Below are positions 62,384 to 64,000 of a stretch of 64,000 nt of DNA, one piece after another (the stretch's first letter is position 1; each line of letters begins with the position of its first letter). This DNA is from an uncultured Ruminococcus sp. Its GTDB lineage: Bacteria; Bacillota; Clostridia; Oscillospirales; Acutalibacteraceae. Location of the stretch: assembly GCA_902800065.1 (NCBI GenBank), contig CADCDE010000002.1:107043-171042 (forward strand), written 5' to 3'. A program made the translations under genes and the position numbers. A model generated the notes under the pieces. That model saw nothing but the letters and a program-made list of their open reading frames with translations. It did no database searches and was not told the DNA's origin.

Positions 62384-64000
62384 TTATTTATTTTTTACAA
62401 GTGACGCTGTCACTGTTACTATTGCCCAAAAGACGATATATATAAGTATTTCGATGCTTCCGAGTTTCTGGAAGCCTGACACGAAGGATATCAGTGTAAA
62501 TACAACAGTTCCGAATATGATGCTTGCAAGCTGAAGCAGCCTGGCTATCATTATGGAGGATTTCATTTTTATGCAGCCCGAAACGGCTCTTGCAAATGAT
62601 GACAGCTTGCCTTTAGTTACAAGGTATGCCCTTGACTGTTCATCAATTGATGAAATGACATCATTGCATATGCTTCCGAGACCTGTCGGCAGAACAGTGA
62701 CACATCTTTCAAAAAGACCGAATTTTTTAGCGATTTTTTCCTTTGTGATGTGAGGATCAATTGTTCTGACTATAAGGCTGACGCCTGTTGATTCAAGCTC
62801 ACGGAGTTCTGCAGCGATTTTTTTGTCGGTCTTGTATGAAAGCACGAACATTACTACTAATTCTCCGTTTATTGAAATATAGGTTATTTCACAGCCTGTT
62901 TTAAGATATTTTTCTTCAAGCTCTTTCTTTGGGACTTTTATATTATGTGTCTCAAGTAGGGTTCTGTTTCCGATAAGTATTCTCTGTTTATTTGCCCATG
63001 CAATAAGACCTTTATCGTCCTCATATACGATGCTGTCTACCTTGGGCAGCTTTTCAGGAGAGCAGCGTATCATATTTTCAAATATATAGCCCATTGTGCC
63101 ATTAACTGCATACATTACAGCCGCACCGGCCTGCATGGCATCATTTATCTTGCTCTGACGGAAAATTTTCATTCCGCTAAGTGTTACTGTACCTGCCGGA
63201 TAGAGCTGAGAGGCATCTATCATAATGGAGTTTGTGTCGCAGAATTGCTGTACTGCGTCGTATCCTGAGACCATTGCATCTACATTGAGAGTACTTCTGC
63301 AAAGCATTTTCATGGGTATATTCAGGACTATAAGACACATCATGGGAGTACCCACGCAGGCGGTCAGTGCAATGGAGGTTATGCCGCCGGCAAAATTCAT
63401 TGTCATAAGACCGTAAGCTGTTCCGAGTATCAGAGCAATAGCCGTTGTCACCGGAGCAATCTTTGAAGCGAGTATCTCACTTGGATCGGGTGCATATGAA
63501 AGTCTCAGAAAATTGCTCATAAATTTTGAGCGTTTCATATATGCGATTATAGTATTTTTTGAAGGAAATTCGCTGGTCATTTTTTCTGCATTTTTTATAT
63601 CTGTATATATTTTTCCTGCATATTTCTGTGAGGGTTTGGCAAGGAATTTGAAGTTGTCGAGTGTACGGGTAATTATAAGGAGTTTTCCAAGATCGTTGCA
63701 AAGCAGTGCTATAACAGCAATGGGGACATATATATGATATGTTCCGTCAATGAAAACGTGAGGGGTAAAAATAGCTGTTATAGACTGTATACCCACTGTA
63801 AGGGCAGTGACTGCGGCAGCGGTATCCGAATTAGCCTTGAAGTGTCTCAGCGGCATAAGACCGTTGATGATGGTCTTGTGTTCGGTTGTGACTGCGACAC
63901 AGAATAATGCAAAGGATATGATGGCGAAAAAAAGCCAACCTGTACGCATTGCCTCGGAGAAAAGATTTGAAAATTGTGCAACAGAGGCAGCTATTACTGA
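62384..64000 (-). CDS. P1B-type P-type-ATPase homologue with degenerate catalytic motifs (partial; frame open to right edge)
   Basis: The TM region plus P/N-domain-like core aligns by eye with CopA/ZntA-type pumps. However, DKTGT is IDASQ, TGD is TID, and GDGxND is GLGSICND. Confidence 0.5.
   Translation of the reverse strand, partial: SVIAASVAQFSNLFSEAMRTGWLFFAIISFALFCVAVTTEHKTIINGLMPLRHFKANSDTAAAVTALTVGIQSITAIFTPHVFIDGTYHIYVPIAVIALLCNDLGKLLIITRTLDNFKFLAKPSQKYAGKIYTDIKNAEKMTSEFPSKNTIIAYMKRSKFMSNFLRLSYAPDPSEILASKIAPVTTAIALILGTAYGLMTMNFAGGITSIALTACVGTPMMCLIVLNIPMKMLCRSTLNVDAMVSGYDAVQQFCDTNSIMIDASQLYPAGTVTLSGMKIFRQSKINDAMQAGAAVMYAVNGTMGYIFENMIRCSPEKLPKVDSIVYEDDKGLIAWANKQRILIGNRTLLETHNIKVPKKELEEKYLKTGCEITYISINGELVVMFVLSYKTDKKIAAELRELESTGVSLIVRTIDPHITKEKIAKKFGLFERCVTVLPTGLGSICNDVISSIDEQSRAYLVTKGKLSSFARAVSGCIKMKSSIMIARLLQLASIIFGTVVFTLISFVSGFQKLGSIEILIYIVFWAIVTVTASLVKNK

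Noticed and set aside
1-64000. I searched by eye for CRISPR arrays, tRNA or rRNA genes, transposases, toxin-antitoxin pairs and known defence genes.
   Set aside because: I recognised none. The only dispersed repeats are the 26-nt REP-like elements and in-frame low-complexity codon repeats. A tRNAscan, Infernal or DefenseFinder run would be needed to exclude small RNAs or cryptic systems.

Overview
This 64-kb window looks like a chromosomal, mostly housekeeping segment of a low-GC, probably spore-forming Clostridia-type Firmicute. That assignment is inferred from gene content: a pdaA-like deacetylase, T-box and FMN riboswitches, rplS-lepB-rbgA-rnhB-yraN synteny and AT-rich intergenic DNA. I support about 50 protein genes. 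They include secD (partial), an aminotransferase, a cell-surface type I pullulanase, typA, ribU behind an FMN riboswitch, nudF, hemW, pdaA, and alaS behind a T-box. Also present are two G3E/COG0523-type GTPases, LCP and YfhO envelope enzymes, pepV, a Ca-type P-type ATPase, a class A PBP, hom-lysC and the rplS-lepB-rbgA-rnhB-yraN block. The right-hand part carries metF, a MacB/FtsX-type ABC exporter, pepF, BI-1, asnB, a cyclophilin, a vWA lipoprotein, rpe and a degenerate P-type-ATPase homologue (partial). I saw no rRNA, tRNA, CRISPR array, transposase or integrase. The most interesting item is a self-contained three-gene operon (43.8-46.9 kb). It encodes a highly charged protein, a soluble VirD4/TraG-like coupling-protein ATPase and an apparent AAA+ pseudo-ATPase, with no other conjugation genes nearby. 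It is a candidate undescribed system. Other notable items are: a dispersed 26-nt palindromic REP-like repeat (six loci, one inside the alaS T-box leader); several catalytically dead paralogues (S26 signal peptidase, P-type ATPase, AAA+); a G3E GTPase fused to a DUF1980-like CC-motif domain; an FtsX permease with a roughly 330-aa coiled-coil insertion; and extreme low-complexity tails on envelope proteins (about 22 Asp on PBP1). All calls rest on reading motifs by eye. No database search was run.
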